The position numbers were made by a program, and so were the translations under genes. 64,000 nucleotides of DNA from Nannocystis bainbridge (GTDB lineage: Bacteria; Myxococcota_A; Polyangia; Nannocystales; Nannocystaceae), in contig NZ_JAQNDL010000001.1 of NCBI RefSeq assembly GCF_028368995.1, forward strand, positions 1,344,001-1,408,000, written 5' to 3'. Positions 51,849 to 61,500 of this stretch are shown here, in pieces (positions within the stretch are counted from its first letter, which is position 1; each line of letters starts with the position of its first letter). The notes beneath the pieces were generated by a model. That model was not told the DNA's origin. It saw only the letters and a list, made by a program, of their open reading frames with translations, and made no database searches.

Positions 51849-53692
51849 TCGAGCACCGCCGCCGTCAGCACCAGGCCGAAGGCCATCGACGCCAGCAGCC
51901 CGAGCGCGCGCCACAGCACCGCGCGCTGGGCCTTGCGCACCTCGACCGCCACCTCGGGGCCATGCCCGAGCATCTCGCGGGCCAGCCGTTCGGCCGCGCC
52001 GCGGTGGCTGACGACGATCAGCAGCGTCGTCACGGCTAGGAACAGCCCGCCGCCGCCGAGCAGCAGCAGGCGTACGCGCCCGGCCCACAGCCGGCGCAGC
52101 GCCGTCATGTCCGCGTCCTCGCGCCCGCGGGTCGTCAGCGCCGTGGGCGGCCCGTGGATCTCGACCGGCAGCGTCCCGATCAGCCACGCCTCCGTCAGCT
52201 GCTGCGCCTCCGCATCGAGGCTCACCGTCGCCAGCGCGTCGAGGTACTTGCCCTCGAGCGCGGCGTCGAACTCCTTCTCCACCCGCGGCATGCCCAGCCG
52301 CTCGCGCTGCAGCCCGATCAGCGTCGAAAGGGCCGGCTTCTGCCCCGGGCCCGGGCCGAGCACCACCCGCGCCAGCGCCGACGACTCGCCCGGCGCGTTG
52401 GTGAAGTGATACGCCTCGACCTGCACCAGCCCCGGCGACAGCCCGGCCGACGACCACGTGCGCGGCGGCTCCGGCCCGACCACCGGCGGCTCGAGCGTAT
52501 CGACCCACGCCCCGTCGGGCCCGCGCACGTCGACGAACACCGCCCGCTTGGGCCGCAGCCCGCGCGCCTTGATCGTCAATGTGTCGCCGGCCCCCGCTGT
52601 CCACGGCGCCGCGTCGACCGTCACCGCGCCCGCGAAGCTGACCATGCGGAACTTCCGCGCCGCGACCGGCTCGACGCTCGCGGCGCCGTCTTTCGCCGCG
52701 CTCCCGTCCTCGTCCTTCGCCCCCGGCCCCTTCGCCTCGCGCGCGATGTCCTCCGCGCTCGCCCCCGCATCCTTCGCGCCCGCGTCCTTGCTCGCGCTCC
52801 CCTTCGGCCCGACCTTCCCCTTCGGACCTGCTCCCTCGGACACGTCCTTCGCAGCAGGTCCTTCCGCACCTGACCCTACGGACATGTCCTGAGCGCCTGG
52901 CAGCGCCCGCACCTCGAAGCGGACCACGTCGGTGGCCAGCAGCCCGGCGACGCGGACCAGCCCCGCCGCGTCCGTCTCGCCGCGCACGACCGTCGCCGGC
53001 GCGTCGGCCGACGACTTGTGCGGCCCGAACTCGCCGTCGAGCAGGCGGACCTCGACCGGCCCCTGGCGCGGCTTTCCCTCCGCGTCGGTCACGCGGGCCA
53101 CCAGCGCGTTCTCGAAGCCGGCCGCCAGCCGGCCCAGCGGACGCAGCACGATGCGCAGCTTCTCGGGCTGCGATTCGGTGTCGTCCGCGTAGTTTTTCGT
53201 CGAACCCGACACCGTCGGCGTCCCGCGTCGGAGCGCGCGCGACGCGACGAGCTCCACCTCGACCACCTCGCGGAACTGCTCGTGCCCCGAGATCGCCAGC
53301 TCGAGCGTCGCCGGGCCCGGAGCCCAGTCAGGGGCCGTCAGCCGCCCTTGCGCCATCCCCACCGCGGCCGCGTCGCGCAGCGTCCCGAGCGACGCGCGCT
53401 CCTCGCCGCGCCGCAGCGTCGCCTCGACCTGCGCTTCCGGCACCGCCTGACCGGCGCCGTTCAACACCTGCACGCGGGCCGCCACCGGCTCGCCCGCGAC
53501 CCACTGCGGCTCGACCTGCACGATCGCCGAGTGCGTCACGTGCCACCCTGCGATCGCAAACGACGCGAAGATCGCCGCGCCCATCCCGAGCGGCGCGCCG
53601 ATCACGGGCAGCAAGTACACGAACCGCGACAGCGCGGCAGACCGAGTGATCTCGGCGGATTCGCTCGGCTCGCTCGGCGTCGCCACGGGCAC
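51827..53692 (-). CDS. Hypothetical membrane-anchored protein with beta-rich extracytoplasmic region
   Basis: N-terminal TM, two C-terminal TMs, GC3-biased frame, low-complexity insert. Confidence 0.65.
   Translation of the reverse strand: MPVATPSEPSESAEITRSAALSRFVYLLPVIGAPLGMGAAIFASFAIAGWHVTHSAIVQVEPQWVAGEPVAARVQVLNGAGQAVPEAQVEATLRRGEERASLGTLRDAAAVGMAQGRLTAPDWAPGPATLELAISGHEQFREVVEVELVASRALRRGTPTVSGSTKNYADDTESQPEKLRIVLRPLGRLAAGFENALVARVTDAEGKPRQGPVEVRLLDGEFGPHKSSADAPATVVRGETDAAGLVRVAGLLATDVVRFEVRALPGAQDMSVGSGAEGPAAKDVSEGAGPKGKVGPKGSASKDAGAKDAGASAEDIAREAKGPGAKDEDGSAAKDGAASVEPVAARKFRMVSFAGAVTVDAAPWTAGAGDTLTIKARGLRPKRAVFVDVRGPDGAWVDTLEPPVVGPEPPRTWSSAGLSPGLVQVEAYHFTNAPGESSALARVVLGPGPGQKPALSTLIGLQRERLGMPRVEKEFDAALEGKYLDALATVSLDAEAQQLTEAWLIGTLPVEIHGPPTALTTRGREDADMTALRRLWAGRVRLLLLGGGGLFLAVTTLLIVVSHRGAAERLAREMLGHGPEVAVEVRKAQRAVLWRALGLLASMAFGLVLTAAVLDKLFWQT
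52810..52889. repeat. 14-bp-period array, 6 units, inside a CDS
   Basis: CCTT 52813, CCTG 52827, CACG 52841, CAGG 52855, CCTG 52869, CATG 52883. Confidence 0.8.
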
Positions 53693-53742
53693 CGGCCACC
53701 GTAGCAGACGCGACGCTGTTTCGGTATCCTCCCGCGCGCCTC

Positions 53743-55053
53743 ATGAAGCTCAGCGTCATCGGTACAGGGTATGTCGGCCTCGTCGCCGCCGCGGTGTTCG
53801 CCGACTACGGAAACGATGTCCTGTGCGCGGACATCGACGCCGGCAAGATCGACTCGATCAAGGCCGGCAAGCTGCCCATCTTCGAGCCCGGGCTCGAGCC
53901 GCTGGTCGAGCACAACATCCAGGCCGGGCGCCTGCGCTTCACCACCAGCAACGCCGAGGCCGCGGTCCACGGCGACGTCATCTTCCTCGCCGTCGGCACG
54001 CCGACGGCCGCCGACGGCAGCGCCGACCTGTCGTACCTCTACCAGGCCGCGAGCGAGATCGGGCGCCACATCACCCGGCCGACGATCATCGTCGACAAGA
54101 GCACCGTGCCGGTCGGTACCGCCGAGCGGATCGCCCGCATCGTCGGCGAGCAGACCCGCGTCCCGTTCACCGTCGTCTCGAACCCCGAGTTCCTCAAAGA
54201 GGGCGCCGCGGTCGACGACTTCATGCACCCCGACCGCGTCATCGTCGGCACCGACGACCCGCACGCGCGCGAGGTCCTGCACCGCCTCTACCAGCCGTTC
54301 TGCCGCACCAGCGACCGGATCCTGTTCATGGACGCGCGCTCGGCCGAGCTCACCAAGTACGCCTGCAACGCCTACCTCGCCGCGCGCATCAGCTTCATGA
54401 ACGACATGGCCAACCTCGCCGACGCGCTCGGGGCCGACGTCGAGCTGGTGCGCCGCGGCATGGGCTCCGATCCGCGGATCGGCAACAAGTTCCTCTACCC
54501 CGGCGTCGGCTACGGCGGCTCCTGCTTCCCCAAGGACATCCGCGCCCTGCTCACCACCGCCCGCGAGTTCGGCCACTCGCTCGAGATCGTCGCCAGCGCC
54601 GAGCGCATCAACGAGGCCCAGAAGCTCGTCATCGTCCGCAAGCTGCGCCAGCGGCTCGGCAGCGACCTGGCCGGCAAGACCTTCACCGTGTGGGGCCTGT
54701 CGTTCAAGCCCAACACCGACGACGTGCGCGAGGCCCCGGCGCTGAAGATCGTCCGCACCCTCGTCGGCGACGGCGCTCGCCTGCGCCTGCACGACCCCGA
54801 GGCCGGCAAGAACTTCATCGCCAACCTCAGCCCGCACGTCGCCGCCTCCTGCACCCTCGCCGCCGACCCCTACGACGCCGCCGAGGGCGCCCACGCGCTC
54901 ATCCTCGCCACCGAGTGGCGAGAGTACCGCAGCCCCGACTTCGAGCGCCTCAAGCGGATCATGGCCGGCACCCACCTGTTCGACGGCCGCAACCAGTGGG
55001 ACCGCCAGCACGTCGAGGCCCTCGGCTTCGAATACGCCGGCATCGGCCGCTGA
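53743..55053 (+). CDS. ugd: UDP-glucose 6-dehydrogenase
   Basis: IGTGYVGL, LAVGTP, KSTVPVGT, SNPEFLKEG, GYGGSCFPKD, GLSFKPNTDDVRE. Confidence 0.96.
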   Translation: MKLSVIGTGYVGLVAAAVFADYGNDVLCADIDAGKIDSIKAGKLPIFEPGLEPLVEHNIQAGRLRFTTSNAEAAVHGDVIFLAVGTPTAADGSADLSYLYQAASEIGRHITRPTIIVDKSTVPVGTAERIARIVGEQTRVPFTVVSNPEFLKEGAAVDDFMHPDRVIVGTDDPHAREVLHRLYQPFCRTSDRILFMDARSAELTKYACNAYLAARISFMNDMANLADALGADVELVRRGMGSDPRIGNKFLYPGVGYGGSCFPKDIRALLTTAREFGHSLEIVASAERINEAQKLVIVRKLRQRLGSDLAGKTFTVWGLSFKPNTDDVREAPALKIVRTLVGDGARLRLHDPEAGKNFIANLSPHVAASCTLAADPYDAAEGAHALILATEWREYRSPDFERLKRIMAGTHLFDGRNQWDRQHVEALGFEYAGIGR

Positions 55054-55090
55054 CCGCCCGGGCGCAGCGGCGCCGCTCGTGAGTCTCTCA

Positions 55091-55156
55091 GGACATGTTC
55101 ATCCGGACATGTCCTGAAGCCTATGTACTTTCGCGCATGCCCGTTCGGACAGCCGG
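55091..55156. repeat. 14-bp-period array, 5 units
   Basis: CATG 55094/55108, TATG 55122, CATG 55136, CAGC 55150. Confidence 0.9.
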
Positions 55157-55621
55157 CGCTCGCCGCCCGCTCGTGCCCCTGACGGCCCGCGCGAGCGACC
55201 GCCCGCGCGGCCCGGCGCTGTCGTCGTGCCCCTGACGCTCGACCGAGCGCCCGCTCGCGTCGGGCGCCCGACCGTCCATTCACGCTCTCGCGCCTCTCGC
55301 CTCGCAACGCCCGCAGGCGCTCGAGCGACCGCGCATTCCACTCCTCAGCCCCCGACGCCACGCCCGCAGCCATCACCGCGCCGGCGATCGGGCAGTCGCC
55401 CCGCGGCCCCGTGAACCTCGCCCACCTCGCCGCAACTTCACCACCGCGACCGGCACCGCCCGCGCCGTCACACATGTCGGATTGTTCGCCGGGGTAACTC
55501 GCCCCATACGGGATCGTCCTCGAACCGCCCGCAGACTGGTCTCTGCGGGCTCTACCGCGATTGCGACGACGCGCTCGATGCATGACGCGCCGCGTGTTCG
55601 TCGCTCGCGCCTGGAGAACCC

Positions 55622-56995
55622 ATGATCCTGCAAGCCACTGTCATCACCCTGCTCACCTTCGCCGCCGACCCCTCGGCCCGCGCCCGCCTCTCGCAGCTCC
55701 TCGCCGCCCAGCGCAGCGCCCCCGACCCGGTCGCGCTCGCCCCCGAGGAGCCGCGCAACGAGCCCAGCATCAGCACCGTCTACCCCAGCCGGGCCTTCCT
55801 GGAGCGCACCCTCGACATCACCATCGGCGGCGACGACACCGAGTGGACCGACGCCGCCCTCGTCGACTTCGGCGACGGCATCCGCGTCGAGAGCGTGCGC
55901 GTCGCCAGCCCCACCGGCCTGGTCGCGCGCATCACCGTCGACGACGACGCCGCGCTCGGCGCCCGCGACGTCACCGTGCGCGAGGGCGAGGTCGAGGTCG
56001 TCTACGCCGGCGCCTTCACCCTCGAGGCGCCCCTCGCCTTCAAGGTCCTCAACGGCACGCGCGCCGCCGGATCGATCTTGAACGGCAAGCTCGTCCAGCG
56101 CGACATCACCACCCCGTTCGACCCGATCGACAACACCCTCACCTTCGACGACCCCGGCTTCACCGTCGATTACTTGTACGCCCAGCAGTACACCGCCGAG
56201 TTCGCCCTGCTCGTCGACGTCCCCGTGGCCGCCGGCACCTACGACCTCACCGTCGTCAGCGGTCTCGCCGGCGCCCAGCTGCGGTCGACCGGCCCTGACA
56301 TCCTCCCGATCGCCGCTCGCACCCCGCTCCCGCTCGAGGTCGGCGACAACCCCGGCGCGCTGAAGGAACCCTTCGGCACCAAGCTGTACAAGTTCACCCC
56401 GCCGGCCGAGCCGACCCGGCTCACGCTCTCCGTCACCGCCGACATCGAGGGCGCGAGCCCCATCCTCGCCGTGTTGCCCGCCAGCGGCCGCTTCGCCGAC
56501 CTGCTCGGCGCCGACGCGCGGGTCGTCGTCGACAGCAACAGCGCCGCGCCGATCTACGTCATCTACTGGGACGCCACCGGCGCCGACGCCCACGCCTACA
56601 CCATCAACCTCGCCACCGCCCCGCCGCCGCCGCCCGAGGCCGAGCCGAACGACGACTGTGCCGCCGCCACCCCGGTCACCGCCGCGTCGTCGACCCTCGG
56701 CGAGCTGCGCGACAACAGCGACGTCGACTGGTTCGTGTTCACCGCCGGGGCCGCCGACGTCGGCAAGACCGTGCACGTGCGCACCCAGCCCGGCCAGCCG
56801 ACCACCGACACCGTCGTCGAGGTATTCGCCGCCGACTGCACCACCTCGCTCGGCGGCCCCTCGCCCGACTTCGCCTACCACGAAGACTTCACCAGCACCG
56901 CCCTCGCGGTCGCCGGCCCCGTCTACGTCAAGGTCAGCCTCAGCGCCGAGGCCTCCGAGGGCGGCACCTACGAGCTGACGATCGCGCTCGAGTGA
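55622..56995 (+). CDS. Exported Ig-like + PPC-like domain protein (paralog of 59809..61371)
   Basis: GGAG RBS; LERTLDITI..VASPTG..GARDVTV; EAEPNDDC..DVDWF..DTVVEVF. Confidence 0.8.
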   Translation: MILQATVITLLTFAADPSARARLSQLLAAQRSAPDPVALAPEEPRNEPSISTVYPSRAFLERTLDITIGGDDTEWTDAALVDFGDGIRVESVRVASPTGLVARITVDDDAALGARDVTVREGEVEVVYAGAFTLEAPLAFKVLNGTRAAGSILNGKLVQRDITTPFDPIDNTLTFDDPGFTVDYLYAQQYTAEFALLVDVPVAAGTYDLTVVSGLAGAQLRSTGPDILPIAARTPLPLEVGDNPGALKEPFGTKLYKFTPPAEPTRLTLSVTADIEGASPILAVLPASGRFADLLGADARVVVDSNSAAPIYVIYWDATGADAHAYTINLATAPPPPPEAEPNDDCAAATPVTAASSTLGELRDNSDVDWFVFTAGAADVGKTVHVRTQPGQPTTDTVVEVFAADCTTSLGGPSPDFAYHEDFTSTALAVAGPVYVKVSLSAEASEGGTYELTIALE

Positions 56996-57445
56996 TTCTT
57001 TTAAACCGATCCGCCGGCCGCCGGCCGCGAGCCACGCCTCGCGGCCGGCGCCGTCGTCTGCTCGCCGGCCGGCGTTCTACCTGTCCCGAGAGACATCCTG
57101 TTCATCGCGGCGGTCCGGGCGCCCACGCGCGCACGAGCCCGACGACCGGGCGCCGGCACCTCGCGGTCCCGAGGCGATCGTGCGCCCGCGGAATGTCGCC
57201 ACGCGATCGCCGGTCACGCGCCCCCTCCCATCAATTTGTGCGAGGCCACGAATCGGCACATACAGCGAATCGACCCCCGGCATGCGCCCAGGAGACGCAC
57301 GTGTCCGCTCGATCTACCGGCCCGCTGCGGGCGACCTCGACTGCAATGATGGGACTTGCGCCCGCCGGGCTCGACCTCGATTGCGACGGCACGGTACGCC
57401 CATTGCGATCGCTCTCTTCGCTCTCACGTCAAGGAGTCTGAAACC

Positions 57446-58009
57446 ATGTTCGTCCGTACAGTCCTGACTCTGGTCCTCTTCACCACCTCGACCGTCGCGG
57501 TCGCCCGCGAGCCGGTTCCGCCGGTCCGCTCCGGCTACGCCGGCGGGCTCGCCCCCGTCCTGCTCGCCGCGCGCACGCCTCAGTCGCCGGACACCAGCGA
57601 GCCTGTGCTCACCGAGCCGACCACGCCCTCGTCCGTCAGCCCGCCGAGCGCCACCCCGCCGCCGCAGAGCATCCGCCCGCCGCGGATCCAGGCCCACGAG
57701 TGGGAGCGCGAGCGGCGGAAGCTGCGGGCCCAGACCGCCGTCTCGTGGGTGCTCACCGGCATCGGTATGGCCGGTACGGCCGTCCCGCTGGGCATGTTGC
57801 GCCGGTGCGACGACCTCGACCGCACCCGCGCCGTCGACTGCAGCCAGGAGCGGCGGACCGCCGCGATCGCGGCCCCGATCTTCGGCGCCCTCACGCTCGC
57901 CGCGATCATCCCCGCGATCATCTACACGACCCGGCTCAGCCGCCACAACCGCTACAGCGGCATGGCCCGCCTCGGCGCCTCGCCTGGCGGCCTGCTGATC
58001 CGCTTCTAG
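57446..58009 (+). CDS. Hypothetical exported/membrane protein
   Basis: AAGGAG RBS at 57431; signal peptide, two TMs, C-terminal PGGLLIRF. Confidence 0.7.
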   Translation: MFVRTVLTLVLFTTSTVAVAREPVPPVRSGYAGGLAPVLLAARTPQSPDTSEPVLTEPTTPSSVSPPSATPPPQSIRPPRIQAHEWERERRKLRAQTAVSWVLTGIGMAGTAVPLGMLRRCDDLDRTRAVDCSQERRTAAIAAPIFGALTLAAIIPAIIYTTRLSRHNRYSGMARLGASPGGLLIRF

Positions 58010-58155
58010 ACGGCTCGCGCGCCCGGGTTCGCGCCCGCCACGCGCCATCGGGGTCCCCAGGCCCCGCCCGATCGTCCTCCGAGGAGACGCCGCGCCGCGC
58101 GGCCGACCGCATACACTACCGCGGTCGGCCGCGCGTCGCGGTCGCCGGCGCGATC

Positions 58156-58207
58156 GTCCCTGTCCCATGCGACATGTCCTGCGTAACCTGTCCCTGAGTA
58201 CATTGCT
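58156..58207. repeat. 14-bp-period array, 4 units, overlapping a start codon
   Basis: CCTG 58159, CATG 58173, CCTG 58187, CATT 58201. Confidence 0.8.
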
Positions 58208-59012
58208 CGCCTGCGGCGGCGGCGTCGGCCCGGGCGACGAGCCCACCGCCGCCACCACCTCCGGGCCTGCCACCGACACCACCGCCGCCGCAACCACCAC
58301 GGGCGACGCGACGGGCACCACCGGCACGACCACCGACCCGGAGCCGACCACGCTCACCCCGTGGCCGACCACCAGCGCCACCAGCGGCACCGACGGCCCG
58401 GTCGACGCCGGCCCCTGCCCTGGCTACGCCCTCGTCCTCGATCGGCCCGGACCTGTCCTTTGGGCCACCACCGACGGCAGCGTCTTCGAGAGCCCGTTCT
58501 TGCAGCCGGGCCAGGGCTTCACCTGCGTGCGCGTCGAGTTCGACCTGCAGACGCTCGCCAACCTCGACGACATCATCGCCATGGACCCCGAGGGCTGCCC
58601 CGAGTACTTCGGCATCGCCTCGGTGTTCGGCACCCAGCCCGCCGGCAAGGTCCTGGCCACCGTCTTTTATCACCCGATGGATCGCGCCCGCGGCGAGTGC
58701 CTGCCCAGCGCCAGCCGCCTCGAGGTCGGCAACCACCTCGCGTACACCGCCGACACCGTCGGTCCCTGGTCTCCGGGACAGGTGTGGCACGTCATCCTCG
58801 AGGCGAGGCCGTGGCTCACGCGGGTCACCGTGTTCAGCGGCGGCAAGCAGATCGGGCCGATGGTCACCGCCGCGCTCGACCCGCTCGACGTCGCCGTCAC
58901 CCGCGACCCCGTGGTCCGCCTCGGCCTGCCGGGCCCGGCCGAAGATCGCTTCTATCCGTGGTACGGCGCCACCTGGGCCAACCTGCAAGTCTGGGCCGAA
59001 GTCGCCCCGTGA
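58167..59012 (+). CDS. Lipoprotein with Thr-rich stalk and beta-sandwich domain
   Basis: Lipobox LLAC-GGG; Thr-rich linker. Confidence 0.7.
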   Translation: MRHVLRNLSLSTLLACGGGVGPGDEPTAATTSGPATDTTAAATTTGDATGTTGTTTDPEPTTLTPWPTTSATSGTDGPVDAGPCPGYALVLDRPGPVLWATTDGSVFESPFLQPGQGFTCVRVEFDLQTLANLDDIIAMDPEGCPEYFGIASVFGTQPAGKVLATVFYHPMDRARGECLPSASRLEVGNHLAYTADTVGPWSPGQVWHVILEARPWLTRVTVFSGGKQIGPMVTAALDPLDVAVTRDPVVRLGLPGPAEDRFYPWYGATWANLQVWAEVAP

Positions 59013-59018
59013 AGCTCC

Positions 59019-59498
59019 ATGACCCGACCCTTCGCCGAAGCCACGATCGACATTGAAGCCTCCCCTGCGTGCGTTTGGGCGGTGATGCTCGACCTGCCGC
59101 GCTACCACGAATGGAACCCCTTCATCGTCGGCGTCGAGCACTCCGGGCCGGCCGCGCTGGACGCCGCGCTGCGCCTGCGCGTGCGCTGGAATGACGGCAC
59201 CGGCGCCAGCTCCGGCGAGCGCATCACCGAGCTCACCGCCCCCGACGGCGAGCGGCCCGGGCGGCTCGCCTACCGCTTCACCGGCCTCCTGCCGACATTG
59301 GGCCTGGTCCGCGCCACCCGCATCCAGCAAATCACCCCGCTGCCGGGCGGACACACCCGCTATTTCACCCGCGAGGAGTTCGCCGGGCTGTTGACCCGCT
59401 TCCTCCCGCTGGCCAAGGTCCGGGACGGCTTCGACCGCCACGCTCGCGCCCTCAAGGCTCGCGCCGAGGCGCTTGCGAGCGCCCCGGAAGCCCGCTGA
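59019..59498 (+). CDS. SRPBCC domain protein
   Basis: IDIEASPACVWAVMLDLPRYHEWNPFI, TRYFTREEFAG, ALKARAE. Confidence 0.88.
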   Translation: MTRPFAEATIDIEASPACVWAVMLDLPRYHEWNPFIVGVEHSGPAALDAALRLRVRWNDGTGASSGERITELTAPDGERPGRLAYRFTGLLPTLGLVRATRIQQITPLPGGHTRYFTREEFAGLLTRFLPLAKVRDGFDRHARALKARAEALASAPEAR

Positions 59499-59521
59499 CG
59501 GCCCCTTTACGGCCCGCCCGA

Positions 59522-59666
59522 GAACATGTCCTTCTGGACATGTCCTAAAGCCCATCCTGCGACCGGCCGCCGCCGCGGCCCCGCTCCAGGTCGCGCACGC
59601 AGCGCGAATGGCACGGCTGCACACGGATTGTCATGTCTCTCCGGACCTGTCCCGAAGGACATTTAT
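59522..59666. repeat. Two 3-unit copies of the 14-bp-period motif
   Basis: CATG 59525/59539, CATC 59553; CATG 59632, CCTG 59646, CATT 59660. Confidence 0.8.
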
Positions 59667-59808
59667 CATCAGTCCCCGCGCGCCCGCGCGCCACGGTCAC
59701 GTGACCGCCGGGCGGCTCCGCGCGGCCGTGGGGCTGGCCCCAGAGCCGATCGGACCTCCCGCGGAATGCGTCACCTGCGCGTGGAGATTTCGTTACCATC
59801 CCGTTCAC

Positions 59809-61371
59809 ATGATGACTTCGCGCAATAGAGATAGACACCTTGATTTGTTGGTCGCGGCGATGGCCGTGATGCCGGTGATGGCAGTGGGATGTGGCGACTC
59901 GACCGCGAGCAGCGCCAGCGACTCCGACACGGAGACCGACGGCACCGGCTCCGAGTCCGACACCGACGCCCTGCCGACCACCACCGCGGGCCCGCCCGGC
60001 CCCCCCGGAGAGCCCGGCGAGCCCGGCGAGCCCGGTGAGCCCGGCGAGCCCGGCGAGCCTGGCCCGCCCGGCGAGCCCGGCCCCGGCAGCGACCCGAGCA
60101 TCAGCGGCATCGTCCCCGGCAAGGTCTATCTCGAGCGCACCCTCGACGTGGCGATCAGCGGCTTCGGCACCCAGTGGACCGACGCGGTCGCCGTCGACTT
60201 CGGCGAGAACGTGACCGTCAACAGCGTGACCGTGGCCAGCCCGACCGGCATCCTGGCCAACATCACCGTCGACGCCGGCGCCAGCATCGGCGCGCGCGAC
60301 GTGACGGTCAGCGAGGGCGGCAGCGACGTGGTGTACGCCGGCGCCTTCAAGGTCGAGGCCCCGCTGACGCTGCTGGAGCCGATCACCGGCACCCTCGCGT
60401 CCGGCTCGATCATCGTCGGCGACGCCTTCCAGCACGACATCTCGACCCCGTTCGACACCACCCAGACCGGCGACGGTCTGTTCGAGCCGATCGCCTACCC
60501 GAACATCCTCATCGGCGGCAGCGACCCGGGCATCTACGGCGACATCAACTCGGTCAACCTCTACAGCCTCAACTACCTGCTGTTCGTCGACGTGCCGGTG
60601 GCCGCCGGCACCTACGACGTCGGCGTGCTGAGCGGCCCGGAGGGCTCCGAAATCTCGTCGACGGCCCCGGCCGCGCTCGAGATCGCGGCCCGCGCTCCGG
60701 TCCCGCTGACCGAGGGCAACGAAGAGGTCGGCTCGATCGCCGAGCCGCTCGAGACCCAGCTCTACTCGTTCACCCCGCCGGCCGAGCCGAAGAAGATCAC
60801 CTTCTCGATCGCCTCCGCCGACGCCGAAGCCTCCGCGCGGGCGATCGCCTTGCCGGCCAGCGGCAGCTTCGCCGACCTGATCAAGTTCGACTCCGAGATC
60901 TCGGTCTACACCAACTCGGAGGACCCGTTCTACCTGGTCTACTGGGACAACAGCGGCTACTCGGGCTACGACTTCACGATCAACGTCACCGTCGCCGACC
61001 CGCCCCCGCCGGAGACCGAGCCGAACAACGAGTGCGCGCAGGCCAACGAGCTCACGCTGCCCTCGCTGACCTTCGCCACCCTGCCCGACCAGCAGGACGT
61101 CGACTGGTTCAAGTTCACCGCCACCGACGCCGACATCGGCAAGGTCATCCACGTGCTGACCCAGGCCGGCGACGACACCACCGACACCGTCGTCGAGGTG
61201 TTCGAGGGCGACTGCACCACCTCGCTCGGCGGCCCCTCGAGCGACGACGACTACCACGAGGATTTCACCAGCGAGGCGATCCCCGCCGCCGGTGACTACT
61301 TCGTGAAGGTCACCTACTCGGACTTCGGCTACACCACGCCGAACTACGAGCTCCAGGTCGTGATCGAGTAA
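59809..61371 (+). CDS. Lipoprotein with short collagen-like (Gly-X-Y) segment, Ig-like and PPC-like domains
   Basis: Lipobox AVGC; (GPP/GEP)x10 + GPG at 59989-60087; ETEPNNEC..DVDWF. Confidence 0.82.
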   Translation: MMTSRNRDRHLDLLVAAMAVMPVMAVGCGDSTASSASDSDTETDGTGSESDTDALPTTTAGPPGPPGEPGEPGEPGEPGEPGEPGPPGEPGPGSDPSISGIVPGKVYLERTLDVAISGFGTQWTDAVAVDFGENVTVNSVTVASPTGILANITVDAGASIGARDVTVSEGGSDVVYAGAFKVEAPLTLLEPITGTLASGSIIVGDAFQHDISTPFDTTQTGDGLFEPIAYPNILIGGSDPGIYGDINSVNLYSLNYLLFVDVPVAAGTYDVGVLSGPEGSEISSTAPAALEIAARAPVPLTEGNEEVGSIAEPLETQLYSFTPPAEPKKITFSIASADAEASARAIALPASGSFADLIKFDSEISVYTNSEDPFYLVYWDNSGYSGYDFTINVTVADPPPPETEPNNECAQANELTLPSLTFATLPDQQDVDWFKFTATDADIGKVIHVLTQAGDDTTDTVVEVFEGDCTTSLGGPSSDDDYHEDFTSEAIPAAGDYFVKVTYSDFGYTTPNYELQVVIE

Positions 61372-61500
61372 CCCTCGGATTTCGCCCGCTCGGCGCTCGC
61401 TCCGCGGACCGCGGGCGAGCGCCGCGTCGCGACTGCAAAGCGCCGCTCGGCGGGTCCTGGCGCACTGTACATCCAATCAGCCCCGGGCTAAGCTGCGCCC

